Shown piece after piece: positions 6,260 to 7,319 of a DNA stretch of 7,319 nt (position 1 is the first letter of the stretch; each line of letters opens with the position of its first letter). Below the pieces are notes generated by a model. It had not been told where the DNA came from, ran no database searches, and saw only the letters and a list, made by a program, of their open reading frames with translations. Position numbers and translations under genes: made by a program. Origin of the DNA: a virus; the IMG/VR virus record IMGVR_UViG_3300002520_000061, positions 1-7,319 of that record; one strand, given 5' to 3'.

Positions 6260-6289
6260 AAAACCCCCTGCCCCGCGCTGGGGGTTTTT
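6260..6289 (+). terminator. Rho-independent terminator of the XRE gene, possibly bidirectional
   Basis: AAAACCCCC (6260..6268), an 11-nt loop, then GGGGGTTTT (6280..6288) plus a further T. The A-tract and T-tract flanks allow termination in both directions. Confidence 0.65.
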
Positions 6290-6610
6290 CATGCCCAAGA
6301 CATAGCCAAAGACCAAGACAAGGCGAAGACCTCCACATGGGCTTGTCTACGACACGAAACAGGGGTTGTTACCACACGCGCCCCATAGCCTTCGGCTGGT
6401 CGCTCTGCCTGTGGCCTCAAAGACTGGTTTTGCAGGAAGGGGGGGTATTGCAGCTTTGCCTCTACGAGATCATGAATCACATCGAGGAGGCCGACACATC
6501 GGGGAATAGGTCCTCGGGACGCAAGCGCCCTGCGGAACGGCGTTTATCATGGCTCGCGCTGCTCACCATATGCAGGGAGGCAGCAGCGGATGGCGGCGGG
6601 ATATGGGGCC

Positions 6611-7102
6611 CTACGTGAGGGCCGCATCAAACACGCACTTAGCCAGGCTATCGAGGTCGGCGGCAGGCAACCCCAACGATTCGGGGGCGTTGGCCAGCAG
6701 TGTCTTGAGCGTGGCCATGTGGGCACGATTAAAGGTAACTGTTACCGTATCTTGAGCCTTGCGGGCGCGGTATCGGGCTTGTTTCTGTGCCGGGGTGAGC
6801 GCCTTGCCAGTCTTCGGGCGACCAACTGGGCGCTTTTTGGGAATGAGGTCGAGCTGTATTTCGGTCACTGTTACCTTATTTGCTACGTCATTTTGAGCGG
6901 TTTTTACGTCATTCTCGGGAACCCACAAGGCGAACTCTGGGCCGTTCTTGGGAGCGCCGGCAAACTTCCCAGTGCTCTTGATAACCTTCTTCTCGACCCC
7001 ACAAATCAGCACTATCCAGTGCTGTTTGTTCTGGGTCAAAACAGGCCAATGAGTACCCTCTTCGCAACCGATGCCGGATTTTGTAACAAGCAGTCTATCC
7101 AT
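6611..7102 (-). CDS. Hypothetical 163-aa protein with a basic putative DNA-binding segment; accessory/regulatory gene candidate
   Basis: A GAGGG RBS lies 8 nt upstream of the ATG at 7102. The composition looks like a natural protein, unlike the 178-aa antisense ORF. The central motif is KKRPVGRPKTGKALTPAQKQARYRARK. I recognise no family with confidence. A 27-bp palindrome lies 13 nt upstream of the start codon. Confidence 0.65.
   Translation of the reverse strand: MDRLLVTKSGIGCEEGTHWPVLTQNKQHWIVLICGVEKKVIKSTGKFAGAPKNGPEFALWVPENDVKTAQNDVANKVTVTEIQLDLIPKKRPVGRPKTGKALTPAQKQARYRARKAQDTVTVTFNRAHMATLKTLLANAPESLGLPAADLDSLAKCVFDAALT
6734..6746. promoter_or_regulatory. Motif copy GGTAACTGTTACC (perfect 6-1-6 palindrome) inside the 163-aa ORF
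   Basis: The core is identical to the core of the 27-bp palindrome. It encodes VTVT in DTVTVTF. Confidence 0.6.
6863..6875. promoter_or_regulatory. Motif copy GGTCACTGTTACC inside the 163-aa ORF
   Basis: It encodes VTVT in NKVTVTE. The extended match to the 4140 copy is tatttcGGTCACTGTTACCTTATTTG against tattt-GGTCACTGTTACTTTATTTG. Confidence 0.6.
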
Positions 7103-7114
7103 GATTTTGCCCTC

Positions 7115-7141
7115 TATTTATGGTAACTGTTACCATAAATA
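7115..7141. promoter_or_regulatory. 27-bp perfect palindrome containing the motif GGTAACTGTTACC (operator or origin candidate)
   Basis: tatttatggtaac-t-gttaccataaata has two 13-nt arms that are perfectly complementary. The core motif is at 7122..7134. It lies between the 163-aa ORF start and dif-like site A. Confidence 0.7.
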
Positions 7142-7149
7142 AAGTGATG

Positions 7150-7177
7150 GCTGCGCATAATGGGGTTTATATTCAAT
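7150..7177 (+). other. dif-like XerC/XerD site A (candidate attP half)
   Basis: gctgcgcataa-tggggt-ttatattcaat. By recall, E. coli dif is GGTGCGCATAA-TGTATA-TTATGTTAAAT. The XerC arm matches 10/11 and the XerD arm 9/11, with a 6-nt spacer. Confidence 0.6.
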
Positions 7178-7220
7178 GACACATACGTGTGCCCCCTGCC
7201 CCTTCGGGATTATCGCAGGG

Positions 7221-7319
7221 GGCCGAGCATTAAACATAAACACTCGACATTATGCGCAGTCACCACACATTGTGTTGTGGCCGCGCTTCCAGGTACGCGC
7301 TTTTACAGGATGAAATGCT
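7221..7319. repeat. Right copy of the exact 99-nt terminal direct repeat
   Basis: Identical to 1..99. No flanking non-phage DNA lies outside the repeats. Confidence 0.95.
7229..7260 (-). other. dif-like XerC/XerD site B, inverted relative to site A (also present as 9..40 in the left repeat copy)
   Basis: The plus strand reads attaaacataa-acactcgaca-ttatgcgcagt. Its reverse complement is actgcgcataa-tgtcgagtgt-ttatgtttaat. The XerC arm matches 9/11 and the XerD arm 10/11 to the recalled dif. The spacer is a non-canonical 10 nt, so the site is not a normal duplex dif site on its own. Confidence 0.55.

Larger units (their letters stand above)
1..7220 (-). mobile_element. Complete filamentous phage (inovirus) genome, circular unit 7,220 bp; CTXphi/VGJphi-like module order
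   Basis: The gene order on the minus strand is canonical for inoviruses: Rep, small protein, ssDNA-binding protein, small membrane protein, major coat, pIII-like, pVI-like, Zot/pI-like. A repressor-like HTH gene is divergent from Rep. The exact 99-nt terminal redundancy closes the circle. Genes overlap or abut (ATGA, TAATG, ATGCGTAA, TAAATG junctions). Confidence 0.88.

Noticed and set aside
6289-6618. 63-aa (minus-strand) and 93-aa (plus-strand) ORFs in the non-coding stretch
   Set aside because: Neither has a convincing RBS. Their compositions are odd (R/W/C/G-rich) and they overlap each other. I treat the region as non-coding until there is experimental or comparative evidence.
6590-7126. 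178-aa plus-strand ORF antisense to the 163-aa gene
   Set aside because: Its composition is typical of a shadow frame, with runs of L/G/C and no charged-residue pattern. It has no RBS, and it would read through the 27-bp palindrome. The minus-strand ORF has a GAGGG RBS and a protein-like sequence.
1-7319. The 99-bp repeats as attL/attR or LTR-like ends of an integrated element
   Set aside because: No host sequence lies outside the repeats, and the window ends exactly at the repeat boundary. The repeat also cuts arbitrarily through an intergenic structure. A circularisation overlap is the simpler explanation.
1-7319. tRNA, rRNA, CRISPR array, integrase/transposase, or toxin cargo such as ctxAB
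   Set aside because: I saw no cloverleaf-like or repeat-spacer structure. No ORF has recombinase or toxin hallmarks. Every ORF longer than 100 aa is accounted for by the phage modules.

Overview
This window is one complete circular filamentous phage (Inoviridae-like) genome of 7,220 bp. It is written with an exact 99-nt terminal overlap (1..99 = 7221..7319). A tightly packed operon on the minus strand encodes, in order: an RstA/gpII-like replication initiator; a Cys-rich 140-aa protein; a pV-like ssDNA-binding candidate; an 85-aa membrane protein; a pVIII-type major coat protein; an unlisted 26-aa hydrophobic micro-ORF; a pIII-like adsorption protein; a pVI-like protein; and a Zot/pI-like assembly ATPase. 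An XRE-type HTH regulator is transcribed divergently from the replication gene, as rstR is from rstA in CTXphi. There is no secretin, integrase or obvious toxin cargo. The most interesting features are non-coding. (1) Two inverted dif-like XerC/XerD sites would fold in ssDNA into a CTXphi-style forked-hairpin attP. (2) A 13-bp palindromic motif, GGT(A/C)ACTGTTAC(C/T), occurs five times, in intergenic DNA and in two different reading frames. One copy sits inside a 27-bp perfect palindrome in front of an orphan 163-aa basic protein. (3) A stretch of about 430 bp has no credible ORF. All functional calls come from motif recall and synteny, not from searches.
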